DNA of 64,000 nt from an uncultured Chloroflexia bacterium (GTDB lineage: Bacteria; Chloroflexota; Limnocylindria; Limnocylindrales; CSP1-4): NCBI GenBank assembly GCA_963748625.1, contig CAVVJT010000010.1, forward strand, positions 1,088,001 to 1,152,000. The letters run 5' to 3'. Each line of letters opens with the position of its first letter. Position 1 is the stretch's first letter. The notes under the pieces are model-generated. The model saw only the letters and a list, made by a program, of their open reading frames with translations, had not been told where the DNA came from and did no database searches. A program made the translations under genes and the position numbers. Shown here piece after piece: positions 48,204-57,722 of this stretch.

Positions 48204-48365
48204 GCCTTCTCTCATCCGGACTGTACCGTCGGCTCCGGCTTGCGAGGACCACCTCGCCCCGGATCTGCTGCACGCCGCGGGTTCTACACCGCTGCGCCGC
48301 TCGTGGGCTCGTCCCGCATCAGCGGGAACCACCACCGGTCGGGAATCACACCCTGCCCCGAAGGC
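48204..48365 (-). promoter_or_regulatory. FMN riboswitch (RFN element)
   Basis: Minus strand: cttcggggcagggtg..attcccgaccggtgg...agcccacgagc...gatccgg...ccggagccgacggtacagtccggatgagagaag. Confidence 0.93.
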
Positions 48366-48580
48366 TCTGCGCGGAATGTACCACCCCCCGAGCGGGGGCG
48401 GCGAACCCCACGCCGGGTCGTGCGTGCTCAGCGTGCGTACGGGAGCGTGCCTTGTCGTTCCTGCGCGGCGAGCGCTCGCGATCGCGCCTGTGCGGCCCGG
48501 AACGGTCGATTCCGGCACGCTTGGCGCTCATCAATCGCTGGGGTCCAGACGGTCCGCGCCTGGCGCCGCACGCTGGCGTG

Positions 48581-49969
48581 CTAGCCGTCGGACCGGTGGA
48601 AGATCGGGCGCAGGGCCGGGTAGAGGGAGCGGTACACGGCGAAGGCCTCGTCGTAGCGCTCGCGGTCCGCGGGGTCCGGATCGATCCGGCGCTCCACCGC
48701 GGTCATGGCGACCACGGCCGCCTCGAGATCCGGGTGCCCGCCGGTGCCGGCCGCCGCCACGATCGCGGCGCCCAGGACGGCGGTGTCGGTGATGCACGGG
48801 ATCGCGGCGGGGACGCCCAGCACGCCCGCCTTGATGCGGGCCCAGCAATCATCGGGCGTGGCGCGGCCGGTCAAGTGCAGCTCGCGGACGGGGGCGCCGG
48901 CCGCTGCCAGGGGCTCCGCCACGTCGCGCAGCGCGTAGGCCGCCGCCTCGAGCGCGGCGCGCGCCAGGTGCTCGGGTCCGTGGGCCAGCGTCAGGCCGAA
49001 GATCACGCCGCGGGCATCCTCGTCGAACACCGGCGCGCGCTCCCCGGCGAGATACGGCAGCACGACGAGGCCATCAGCGCCCGCGGGCACGGTGGCGGCC
49101 GCCTCGAACATCTCGTCGGGGGTCCACCGCCCGCCCAGGATCGAGGTCCGCACCCAGTCCACGGTCGCCCCCAGCGCCGCCATCGCCCCGCCGACCACCC
49201 ACCGTCCCTCGAGCGGCGCCGGCGAGAGGAACGAGCGGCCCACCTGGACCGGCCGGTCGGCGTAGATCGCGAGACCGCCGGACGTCCCACCCGTGTCGAC
49301 GGCGTCGCCGGGCAGCCGCAGGCCGGCGCCTAGCATCGACGCTGCGCCATCGTTGACGCCCACCACCACGGGGATCCCGGCCGGCAGGCCCAGGTCCGCC
49401 GCACGGTCGGCCCGCAGTGGGCCCAGCGGCGCACCCACGGGCCGCGAACCCGGTACCCGGTCACGCGGCACGCCCGCGGTTTCCAGCGCGGCCGCCGACG
49501 GCACCGCCTCGTGGCGCTGCACGCTGGTCACGGCCACCCCGGTCAGCATGTGGCCGACCGCATCCCACGACGCCAGCAGCCAGCGCACCCTGGCGATCGA
49601 CGACGGATCCTCGCGGGCCAGCCAGGCCATGCGTGGCAGCAGCCCGTAGCCCCCCGCGCCCGCCCGTCGATCCTGCCAGGTGAGCGCCGGGCGCACTGGG
49701 CGGCCATCAGCGTCGACGGCAACCAGGGTGGGGCCCTGGCCGACGCAGCAGATCCCGGTGACCTCGGCGGCGGCGATGGCGTCCGCCATGGAGCGCACGG
49801 CAGCAACGATCGCCACCCACCAGTCGCGCGGATCCTGTTCGGCACGCCCGTCCGGCCCGATGTCGGTCGGGTAGCCGCCGCGGCCCATGCCCAGCAGCCG
49901 CCCGTCCAGGCCCACAAGGGCTGCCTTCACCTCCGACGTGCCAAGGTCGAGGCCCAGGACGGCCGACAC
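48581..49969 (-). CDS. FGGY-family carbohydrate kinase (xylulokinase-like)
   Basis: LGLDLGTSEVK, EQDP..WW, WQDRR, LPYLAGERAP, ARAALE, LGAA. Confidence 0.88.
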   Translation of the reverse strand: MSAVLGLDLGTSEVKAALVGLDGRLLGMGRGGYPTDIGPDGRAEQDPRDWWVAIVAAVRSMADAIAAAEVTGICCVGQGPTLVAVDADGRPVRPALTWQDRRAGAGGYGLLPRMAWLAREDPSSIARVRWLLASWDAVGHMLTGVAVTSVQRHEAVPSAAALETAGVPRDRVPGSRPVGAPLGPLRADRAADLGLPAGIPVVVGVNDGAASMLGAGLRLPGDAVDTGGTSGGLAIYADRPVQVGRSFLSPAPLEGRWVVGGAMAALGATVDWVRTSILGGRWTPDEMFEAAATVPAGADGLVVLPYLAGERAPVFDEDARGVIFGLTLAHGPEHLARAALEAAAYALRDVAEPLAAAGAPVRELHLTGRATPDDCWARIKAGVLGVPAAIPCITDTAVLGAAIVAAAGTGGHPDLEAAVVAMTAVERRIDPDPADRERYDEAFAVYRSLYPALRPIFHRSDG

Positions 49970-49973
49970 CCGC

Positions 49974-51668
49974 TCAGCCAACCGCCACGTCCTCGGGCAG
50001 GAGGAACCAGCGCAGGTCCTCGAAGTCGTCGCCCACGGCGCCATCGGCGATGGTGGGGCCGGGAAGGGCGCGCGGTGCCCGGGCGAGGATCGTGCGCGCC
50101 TCGTCCAGGTAGGCGGCCAGGCGAGTCTCGGGCTCGCGATGGCGGTGGGCGGGCCACGTCATGGCGCCCCCGTCAAAGCGGATGCCGTGCAGGGAAAGCG
50201 GCGGCTCCGGCACGCCGTCCCGATGGCGCCACATGCCGGTGGCCGGTTCGAAGGCGTAGTCGGGCAGGAGGCGCCAGCCCTCGGTCGCGACGAGGTCCAC
50301 CGCGTCTAGGACGAACTGGAACACCGTCTCGCTGATGAAGTAGTTGAAGTTGACCCGGATCCAGCCGGGCTTGATCCCCTCGCAGCCGCGGGCGATCTCG
50401 CGCTCGAACTCGTGGCTGGTCTCGAGGTCGATGCCCAGCAGGCGGTGTCCGTACGGCCCGGCGCACGAGCAGCCGCCGCGGGACTGGATGCCGAACAGGT
50501 CGTTGAGCAGCGCCACCACGAAGTTGTGGTGCAGGTACCGCCCGTCACGGCGGACGACGAAGGACACGATCGAGAGCCGCTCCGCGTGGTGGGAGCCCAG
50601 GATCTCGATCCCCTCGTTCGCCTCCCAGCGGTGCAGGGCGCGGTGGATGAAGTCCTCCTCGCGCTCGCGGATGGCCTCCACCCCCACTTCGGCCTTGAGC
50701 TTGAACACCAGGCCCGCCCGGATCGACTCCACGATGGCGGGAGTGCCGCCCTCCTCCCGGTGCTCGATGTCGCTGATGTAGAGGTGCTCGACCGGGTTGA
50801 CATAGGCCACCGTTCCACCGCCGGGCACCGACGGGACCCGGTTGCGGAACAGCTCGCGGCGGGCGACCAGCACGCCCGGCGTCCCCGGTCCGCCGATGAA
50901 CTTGTGGGGGCTGATGAAGACGGCGTCGAGGTACGCCAGCGGGTCGGCGTCGGCGGCGGGATCCATCTCGATCGCCACGTACGGTGCGGCCGCCGCGAAG
51001 TCCCAGAAGGACAGCGCCCCGTGCTCGTGGAGGAGGCTCGCGATCCCCCGGGTGTCGGTGACGATGCCAGTGACATTGGACGCCGCGCTGAACGACCCGA
51101 TCCGCAGCGGCCGGTCCGCGTACCGCTCCAGCTCTGCGCGGAGCTGGGCCTGGTCGATGTGGCCCTCACGGTCCTCGCGGATGGTCACCACGTCGGCGAT
51201 GGACTCCCGCCACGGCAGCTCGTTGCTGTGGTGCTCGTACGGGCCGATGAAGACCACGGGCCGCTGGTCGCGCGGGATGCGGGAGCGCAGGTCCCAGCGG
51301 TCGTCGAGGTCGGCGGGGATCCGCAGCTGCAGGACGTCCACCATGCGGTTGATCGCCGCTGTGGAGCCGGAGCCGCAGAAGATGACCGCGTGGCGCTCGG
51401 GCGAGCCGCCGACGCCATCGAGCACGAGGCGTCGGGCCTCCTCGCGGAAGCGGGTGGTCTGGAGGCCGGTTCCCGAAGACTCGGTGTGGGTGTTCGCGTA
51501 GAGCGGCAGGACCGCCTCGCGGATGTAATCCTCGATGAACGCGAGGCTGCGGCCGGATGCGGTGTAGTCCGCGTAGGTCACGCGCCGAATCCCGTACGGC
51601 CCCGCGACGGCCTCGTCGTCGCCGATGACGGAGGCGCGGATCAGGTCCACCAGGGCGTCAGGTTCCAT
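49974..51668 (-). CDS. Aminotransferase class V / cysteine desulfurase-like PLP enzyme
   Basis: YADYTASGR, YANTHT, EHHSNELPW, AASNVTG, SPHKFIGGPG, RGGCSCAGPY. Confidence 0.88.
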   Translation of the reverse strand: MEPDALVDLIRASVIGDDEAVAGPYGIRRVTYADYTASGRSLAFIEDYIREAVLPLYANTHTESSGTGLQTTRFREEARRLVLDGVGGSPERHAVIFCGSGSTAAINRMVDVLQLRIPADLDDRWDLRSRIPRDQRPVVFIGPYEHHSNELPWRESIADVVTIREDREGHIDQAQLRAELERYADRPLRIGSFSAASNVTGIVTDTRGIASLLHEHGALSFWDFAAAAPYVAIEMDPAADADPLAYLDAVFISPHKFIGGPGTPGVLVARRELFRNRVPSVPGGGTVAYVNPVEHLYISDIEHREEGGTPAIVESIRAGLVFKLKAEVGVEAIREREEDFIHRALHRWEANEGIEILGSHHAERLSIVSFVVRRDGRYLHHNFVVALLNDLFGIQSRGGCSCAGPYGHRLLGIDLETSHEFEREIARGCEGIKPGWIRVNFNYFISETVFQFVLDAVDLVATEGWRLLPDYAFEPATGMWRHRDGVPEPPLSLHGIRFDGGAMTWPAHRHREPETRLAAYLDEARTILARAPRALPGPTIADGAVGDDFEDLRWFLLPEDVAVG

Positions 51669-51719
51669 CGCCCCGCAGTCTATGTCAGGCGGTGCGCTCC
51701 CCCGGCAGGCCGGCGCGGA

Positions 51720-53072
51720 CTACGGGATCAGGACGGGCGTGAAGTCCTTGTAGTGGTAGTAGTTGAGGTCCACGCGACCGACGATGCCGGGCACCGTCCC
51801 GTCCGAGGTGTACTGCCAGAACGTCCAGCTCTTGCCACCCCAGTTCGCGGCCGGCACGGTCGGGACACCTGCTGCCGGGCTCCAGTGGGCGACCCACAGC
51901 ACGGAGTAGCCGTTGGCCGCGAACCACTGGGTGTTGCCCATCCTGTTGGTCCAGAACGAGGGGGAGACGTAGATGGCCCCACGGAGGCCCGTTCGCTCGT
52001 ACACGCGCCCGAGGAAGGCCTTGACCCACTCGATGAGCTGTGCGTCGGTGAGTCCGTTGTTCTCCTCCAGGTCCAGCACGGGCAGCAGCTCGCCCTTGAC
52101 TGGGGCAGCCGTGTCGATGAAGTGGTCGGCCTCGGCCACGGCGTCGCCCACGGTGAGATCGGGCTGGGCGAAGTGGTATGCCCCGACCAGGAGGCCGTTG
52201 GCCTTGGCGCCCGAACGGCTCTTCGTGTAGGTGGGATCGACGTAGTCGATGTCCTCGGACGCCTTGAGGAAGACGAACTCCTTGCCGGCCGCCGCGACCT
52301 TTGCCCAGTCGATGGGGGCCTTGCCATCGATCTGCCAGTGGCTTATGTCGATCCCCTGGACCCAGGCCGGGGCCGGCGTCGGGGTCGGCGTGGGTGTTGG
52401 GGTGGGGGTCGGTGTTGGGGTGGGGGTCGGCGTCGGGGTGGGGGTCGCGGCGACCGGGGTCGCCAGCGTGGCCCGCGCAGCGAACAGCATGCTCACGCCG
52501 TAGAGGCTCTTCACGCTCTTCCCGTTGACCGAGGTGACCGCCCACCAGCCCGATGACGAGACGGAGCGGCCTGAGCACGACGAGGTCCAGGCGCCGCCGG
52601 AGATCCAGCCGGCCACCCCCACCCTCGTCGCTTTGGCGAGCCGGACCTTGACGGTCGCCGAGGTGCTGGTCGACGTACGCAGCCGCACGCCTGCGCACTG
52701 CGTCGCGAGCGTGGTCGTCGACGCGGCCCGGAAGAGGCCGGCCGCCGCGTACACATAGTCCCGGCCGTAGAGGCGCTTCACGCTCTTCCCGTTGACGGAG
52801 GTGATCCGCCACCAGGTGCTTCCCGAGATCCTGCCGCCACACGACGTGGACCACTTCGCCCCGCTGACGCGGGCAACGACGGTCACCCTGGCGCCCTCGG
52901 AAAGACGCCTGAGCAGCTTCGCGCCCGTGGATGGCTTCGCCCGCAGCGAGACGCCATCGCAGCGCGCGGCGAGGGCGGTCGCAGCAACGGCCGGCGACGG
53001 GAACACGGCAGTCAGGGAGGCCGCGACGAGCGCAAGGACGAGTGCTGCGGCGAGCACGGCCCGCATGGGCAT
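51720..53072 (-). CDS. Secreted GH25 muramidase with SH3-like cell wall binding repeats and PT linker
   Basis: Signal peptide; SH3-like repeats (WW.ITSVNGKSVK.LYG); (PT)n linker; GIDISHWQ, KASE, GAYHFA, LDLE, WQYTS.G...G.VDLN. Confidence 0.88.
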   Translation of the reverse strand: MPMRAVLAAALVLALVAASLTAVFPSPAVAATALAARCDGVSLRAKPSTGAKLLRRLSEGARVTVVARVSGAKWSTSCGGRISGSTWWRITSVNGKSVKRLYGRDYVYAAAGLFRAASTTTLATQCAGVRLRTSTSTSATVKVRLAKATRVGVAGWISGGAWTSSCSGRSVSSSGWWAVTSVNGKSVKSLYGVSMLFAARATLATPVAATPTPTPTPTPTPTPTPTPTPTPTPAPAWVQGIDISHWQIDGKAPIDWAKVAAAGKEFVFLKASEDIDYVDPTYTKSRSGAKANGLLVGAYHFAQPDLTVGDAVAEADHFIDTAAPVKGELLPVLDLEENNGLTDAQLIEWVKAFLGRVYERTGLRGAIYVSPSFWTNRMGNTQWFAANGYSVLWVAHWSPAAGVPTVPAANWGGKSWTFWQYTSDGTVPGIVGRVDLNYYHYKDFTPVLIP

Positions 53073-53291
53073 GCGCGCCCCGAGGGTGCTCAGGACAGCC
53101 GGTCGGCGGGCTTCGGGCGGTTCGCGGTGCACGATGGGCGGGCCTCTTGTGCTGGTGCGGTCAAGCGTCGGGCATCCGCCGGCGCCATGCCATGGCTCCT
53201 TGGGGCCAGTCCGCGTGGACCAAGGGAACCATGCCACGATCGGCCGAACCCGTCGAGGAGGCCCGAGTGGTTGCGCGGCTACAATCGCGTT

Positions 53292-53768
53292 GTGTCCCAC
53301 TTCTACGCGCTTGATGAGGCGAATGCACTGCTGCCCGGTCTGGTCACCGTGGTCGAGCGGCTGCGCGAGCAACGTGATTCCCTGGTCGTCCTGCGCGACG
53401 CCTACAGGAACCGTGAGCATGTCGTGATGGGCGGTCTCCTGGCCATCGACCCGCTGGACGCCATCGACCCGCGCATCGTGGAGGATCCGCGCTCCGGCGT
53501 GGACGAGGCCGGCGACGAGGAGCTGCGCCGCATCCGCCTGCGCATGCGCGGCATCGTCGACCAGATGCAGGCCGATGCCGCCTGGCTTGACGCGCGCGGG
53601 ATCGTCCTGCGCGACATCGGCACCGGGCTCCTGGACTTCCCGGCGCTCGTCGCGGGGCGACCGGTCTGGCTCTGCTGGCGCTCCGGCGAAGTGGGGGTGG
53701 GCTGGTGGCACCACCAGGACGAGGGGTTCGCTGGCCGCCGGCCGATCGCCGACCTCGGGACGCCATGA
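53292..53768 (+). CDS. DUF2203 family protein
   Basis: EANALLP, GIVLRD...GLLDFP, LCWRSGE, WWH...GFAGRRPI; TACAAT-N6-GTG. Confidence 0.82.
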   Translation: MSHFYALDEANALLPGLVTVVERLREQRDSLVVLRDAYRNREHVVMGGLLAIDPLDAIDPRIVEDPRSGVDEAGDEELRRIRLRMRGIVDQMQADAAWLDARGIVLRDIGTGLLDFPALVAGRPVWLCWRSGEVGVGWWHHQDEGFAGRRPIADLGTP

Positions 53769-54379
53769 CCGACACGCACTGGCCCGACTACTACGCGGTC
53801 ACGGTTGACCGCCCGGCCTGGGACACCGTCATCGGCGCGGCCGACCGGTTCGAGGCCGACGGTGCGGCCCTTGGCCGGACCCCTGGCGGGCGCTTGGCCG
53901 TGGACCTTGGCTGTGGGGCCGGGCGGGACACGCGGGAGCTGCTCCGGCGCGGCTGGCGTGTGCTCGCGGTGGACGGCGAGGCGGACGCGATTGCGGCCCT
54001 GCGGGATGCCACGCCAGCCGAGGACGTCGCCCGCCTCGAGACGGCCGTTGCCGACATCGGGGCCTTCGAGCTCCCGCGGTGCGATCTCGTGGTGGCCAGC
54101 GTGAGCCTGCAGTTCCTCGACGCCACCGCATACGCGACCGTGTTCGAACGGATGGCGGCGGCGCTCCCCGCGGGTGGCCGGTTCGCGGGCTACCTGTACG
54201 GCGACAAGGATGAGGCCGCAGACGATCCCGCCTATACCTGCCCCTCGGCTGACAGGATCCGCGAGCTCCTCGCCGGGTTCGAGATCGAGCTGTGGAGCGA
54301 GCGCGAGGAGGACGGCCACATGGCGCTGGGCGACCCGCACCATCTCCACCTCATCGAGGTCATCGCCCGCCGCCGTTGA
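53765..54379 (+). CDS. Class I SAM-dependent methyltransferase (TehB-like)
   Basis: AVDLGCGAGRD, LAVD, LPAGGRFAG. Confidence 0.85.
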   Translation: MTDTHWPDYYAVTVDRPAWDTVIGAADRFEADGAALGRTPGGRLAVDLGCGAGRDTRELLRRGWRVLAVDGEADAIAALRDATPAEDVARLETAVADIGAFELPRCDLVVASVSLQFLDATAYATVFERMAAALPAGGRFAGYLYGDKDEAADDPAYTCPSADRIRELLAGFEIELWSEREEDGHMALGDPHHLHLIEVIARRR

Positions 54380-54456
54380 GCCGCCGCCGTTGAGCTGCGG
54401 GCGACCCCGGTACACTCGGACGGCAGTCCACCCCAGTGCGAAGGAAATCGACCCGC

Positions 54457-54819
54457 ATGACACGGCCCGGGGCCATCCCCCAGCTCGACCCGCTCTACGC
54501 GGACATCCGCCGCCGCGACCCGGTACGCCCAGCCATCCTGCTCGACGTGCGCGAGGTGGACGAGTTCCGCAGGTCTCGGGCGGACGGCTGCCTGTTCATC
54601 CCCATGTCCCAGGTCCAGCTGCGGGTGTCGGAGATCCCCAAGGACCGGCCGGTCATGGTCATCTGCGCGTCGGGCAGCCGCTCGGTTGGCGTCACGTCCT
54701 TCCTGCTGGAGCAGGGCTTCGAGGATGTTGGCAGCGTGGCGGGAGGCATGGACGGCTGGCAGCGCATGGGCCTGCCCGTGAAGACCGGACCGGTCGAGGA
54801 CGGCGAAGGCCGGCTCTAG
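54457..54819 (+). CDS. Rhodanese-like domain protein
   Basis: LLDVRE..EF, ICASGSRS, GGMDGW. Confidence 0.85.
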   Translation: MTRPGAIPQLDPLYADIRRRDPVRPAILLDVREVDEFRRSRADGCLFIPMSQVQLRVSEIPKDRPVMVICASGSRSVGVTSFLLEQGFEDVGSVAGGMDGWQRMGLPVKTGPVEDGEGRL

Positions 54820-54854
54820 GCCCAGCCTGCGGGCCGGTCGGGCTCCGGGGCCGT

Positions 54855-54900
54855 GACTGGCCCCCGACTGCTCCCGACTGGCCCCCGACTGCTCCCGACT
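54855..54900. repeat. Tandem repeat, 21-bp unit x2
   Basis: gactggcccccgactgctccc x2 plus gact. Confidence 0.75.
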
Positions 54901-55080
54901 CCGGTGGGGGTCACGGACCGGCCGTCCGAGCACGGGATGTGCAGCAAACCCCGACTGGCTGCACGCCCGCCGCACAGCGCGTCTCCCGGTGACTCCCCGA
55001 TGAGTGAGTCAGCGAACGCTGCGCGGGCGGCCGTCCGTGCACGGGACGTGCGGGACACCTCGAGATCTGACGTGAATCGC

Positions 55081-55116
55081 GAAGGCCGCCGGCGGTGCCG
55101 GCGGCCTTCGTTTGTT
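55081..55116. terminator. Intrinsic terminator hairpin between convergent transcription units
   Basis: gaaggccgccgg-cggtg-ccggcggccttc followed by gtttgtt. Confidence 0.7.
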
Positions 55117-55130
55117 GACGAGGAAGGCGA

Positions 55131-56594
55131 TCAGCCCTTGCCGCGCCGGCGCAGACGCTCCCACCAGCCCCGGACCTGGGGCTTGTGGTTGAACGCCCAG
55201 CCGATCAGCAGCAGGACGATGAAGTTGACGGTGCCCACGCCCGCGGCGTTGAGGTAGCCGATCTGCTGGCCGATCTCGCCCTGGAGCTGCAGCCCCGGGA
55301 CGGTGGCGCCCAGGATGCCGGCCTGGAAGAACGGAGCCTGCGGAGCAAGGTAGGTCCGGGCAACCCCGGCCGTCACGCCGTCAGCGGTGGTGCCACCGAA
55401 CAGGAAGGCGTACGGACCGTTGACCACACCGCCCGACCCCTGCACCCCGACGCCGAGGTCCGTCTGCGACAGGTTCATCCAGGCGGTGATCACGCCCTCG
55501 GCATTGGGCTGGGCCCAGTAGGTCTCACTGCGCGGCGTGACCCCGTCGGAGCCGCCCTGGACGTAGATCACGCCGTTCGACGCGAACCCGGACATGTCCG
55601 TCCGCGGACCGGGAAGGTTGGTCTCCGCGCTCGCACGCCACAAGGCGACGATCGCGTTGGGGTCATCGGCCGGCGCCGGGTTCTCCGCGTCGCCGCCGAC
55701 CAGGCCCTGCTGGACCGTGGCGACAACCTGGCCCTGGTCGTTCGTGCCACCGACGAGGGTGATCACGTCGCCCACGTGCGCGGCGAAGCCATCCACGTTG
55801 GCCTCGAACAGCGGGGTCTGCTCGGCCCAGGCGCTGTACGTGCCCTTGGTGTCCACCTGCGTCTTCCAGACGCTCTTGGTCGCAGCCGTGCCGTCGGTGC
55901 CGCCCAGGAGGACGATGCCGTCGGAGACGGTGACCGCCGCGGCACCCGCACGTGGCGCCGGAAGCGCGAGCGCATCCACGGCCGTCCACTCACCGATCGC
56001 GCCGCCGTTCTCGACGGTGAGGCTGAAGACGGTCGAGGTGGGCGCACCCGCGGCGTCGAAGCCGCCGATCACGAACAGCGTGCTGCCGACCGCGACGAAC
56101 GCGGCGTCGGAGCGGGGCTCCGGCAGCGCCGGGCCTGCGGACCAGACGTCAAGGTTGCCGCTCCCCACGACGTGGGAGATCCAGGTGTCGGCGGTTGCGG
56201 CCGCCCCGTCGGACCCGCCCGCCACGATGTAGGTGGTGCCGATGACGGCCACGGCGGCGTCGGTGGTGGCCTGCGGCAGGTTCACCTCCGGCGGCGCCGG
56301 CTCCCAGGGCAGCGTGGCGCCGGCCGGGGCCGGGCACGGGAGGGTCTCGTTCTCGGCCGGGCAGAAGCTGACCACGGGCACCTGCACGAACGGTGCCAGG
56401 GGCCACAGCTCGACCGTCCGCCCGACGGTGAAGTAGTAGGCCCGGTCTGGGATCCAGCCGAGCATCGTGATGATCACGACGAACCAGGCGAGTGCCTTGA
56501 CGATCGACCAGGGCCAGCCTTCAGCATCGAACATCCCGAACACGACGCGGCGGCGCACGGTGTGCTTCGGAGCGGGGATTGCCGTCTGAGCCAT
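55131..56594 (-). CDS. Membrane-anchored Kelch-like beta-propeller protein
   Basis: Repeats ..GG.DG...W...LP.PR (YIVAGGSDG, LFVIGGFD, VLLGGTDG, YVQGGSDG, FLFGG); N- and C-terminal TM segments; 4 nt after the cytochrome c gene. Confidence 0.8.
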   Translation of the reverse strand: MAQTAIPAPKHTVRRRVVFGMFDAEGWPWSIVKALAWFVVIITMLGWIPDRAYYFTVGRTVELWPLAPFVQVPVVSFCPAENETLPCPAPAGATLPWEPAPPEVNLPQATTDAAVAVIGTTYIVAGGSDGAAATADTWISHVVGSGNLDVWSAGPALPEPRSDAAFVAVGSTLFVIGGFDAAGAPTSTVFSLTVENGGAIGEWTAVDALALPAPRAGAAAVTVSDGIVLLGGTDGTAATKSVWKTQVDTKGTYSAWAEQTPLFEANVDGFAAHVGDVITLVGGTNDQGQVVATVQQGLVGGDAENPAPADDPNAIVALWRASAETNLPGPRTDMSGFASNGVIYVQGGSDGVTPRSETYWAQPNAEGVITAWMNLSQTDLGVGVQGSGGVVNGPYAFLFGGTTADGVTAGVARTYLAPQAPFFQAGILGATVPGLQLQGEIGQQIGYLNAAGVGTVNFIVLLLIGWAFNHKPQVRGWWERLRRRGKG

Positions 56595-56598
56595 CGCG

Positions 56599-57682
56599 TC
56601 AGCCCCCGACCTTGAGGGTGCCGGTCATGTTGGGATGGACCGTGCACACGAAGGTGTAGTCGCCGGCCGGGAGGGCCTGGACGTTGTAGGTGGTCACGAT
56701 GGGCCCCGTGACGAGCTCGCCCGTGAAGATCTCCGCCCCATTGCCGTCCTTGATCGCGATGTTGTGCGGGATGCCGGCGTCCTGGTTGTCGAACTCGATC
56801 TTGAAGGGGATGTCGGCCGGGGCGGCCAGCTCGCCGTTCACGAATGCGATGTTGAGGGCGGCCTCCTTGATCACGTCACCCGCAGGCGGCAGCGACTCCC
56901 CGGGCACCTCGCCCGACGGGGCCGGCGTGGCGGCACCCGACGACGGGGCCGGCGTGGCGAACGCGTCGGTCCAGCAGTCCGGGAAGGGCGTCGCACCGGG
57001 CGCCGGCGCGTACGCGGGATCCACCCAGCCGGTGAATGTGAGCTCCTCGCCCGTGACCGGATCCAGCTTGGGCTCCCACAGCACCGGGTCCATGACCCGG
57101 AACGTGTCGTCCTTGGACGCCCGCAGGTACTCGATCAGGTAGTTGATCTGCATGTAGTTGAGCGGGACCAGGCGGGTTCCCCGTGTTCGACCAGACCGGC
57201 ATGATGCTGTCGGGATTGCCGCAGGCGTAGCGCCCGCCGGACACGAGCATGTTGCGCAGGAAGTCCGGGTTGAGGTGCGCGAACAGCTTCGACTGGTCGT
57301 TGAGCTTGGGACCCTTGCCGCCCTCGCCGTCAACGCCGTGGCACTGCGCGCAGTTGGCCTGGTACAGGTCGTAGCCACGCTCGACGGCCGTCACCTGCTG
57401 ATCCTCGGTCGCCTGGTCCAGCCGCGGCGTGACGCCAAGGGCCGGCATGCCCAGCTCGATGAAGTAGTAGACGATGACGAACAGCGCCACGAGGGTCACC
57501 GCGAGGAAGCCCACGAACCGCGCGTTCGCGGACTGGCGGACGATCCGGGCGGCGCGCTCGGGTGTCAGGTCGTTGCGGTGGGCCGACGGCGGCGCCGAGA
57601 AGCGCTCCGCGGGCGCCGGCGCGGACGCGGGCACCGGGGCGGGCAGGCGCTCCTCGGGCGGGCGGCCGGTCTGCTCGGTCAT
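56599..57682 (-). CDS. Membrane cytochrome c fused to C-terminal cupredoxin (apparent +1 frameshift near 57164-57166)
   Basis: TM helix, CAQCHG, distal MP. After removing one base the frame continues GPLNYMQINYLIEYL ... PHNI ... CTVHPNM (type-1 Cu). Confidence 0.8.
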
Positions 57683-57722
57683 CGGACTCCTCGGTGGACG
57701 GGCGGGCGGGGGTGTGACGGGA

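Noticed and set aside
52372-52460. Low-complexity ggggt/ggcgt repeat
   Set aside because: Encodes the ordinary (Pro-Thr)n linker of the GH25 enzyme.
50412-52556. Long antisense or alternate-frame ORFs (also 3103-4788, 4414-6174, 6764-8554, 46254-48584, 47240-49333 and many more)
   Set aside because: Arg/Pro/Gly-rich, motif-free and overlapping well-supported genes; expected from stop-codon scarcity at this GC content.
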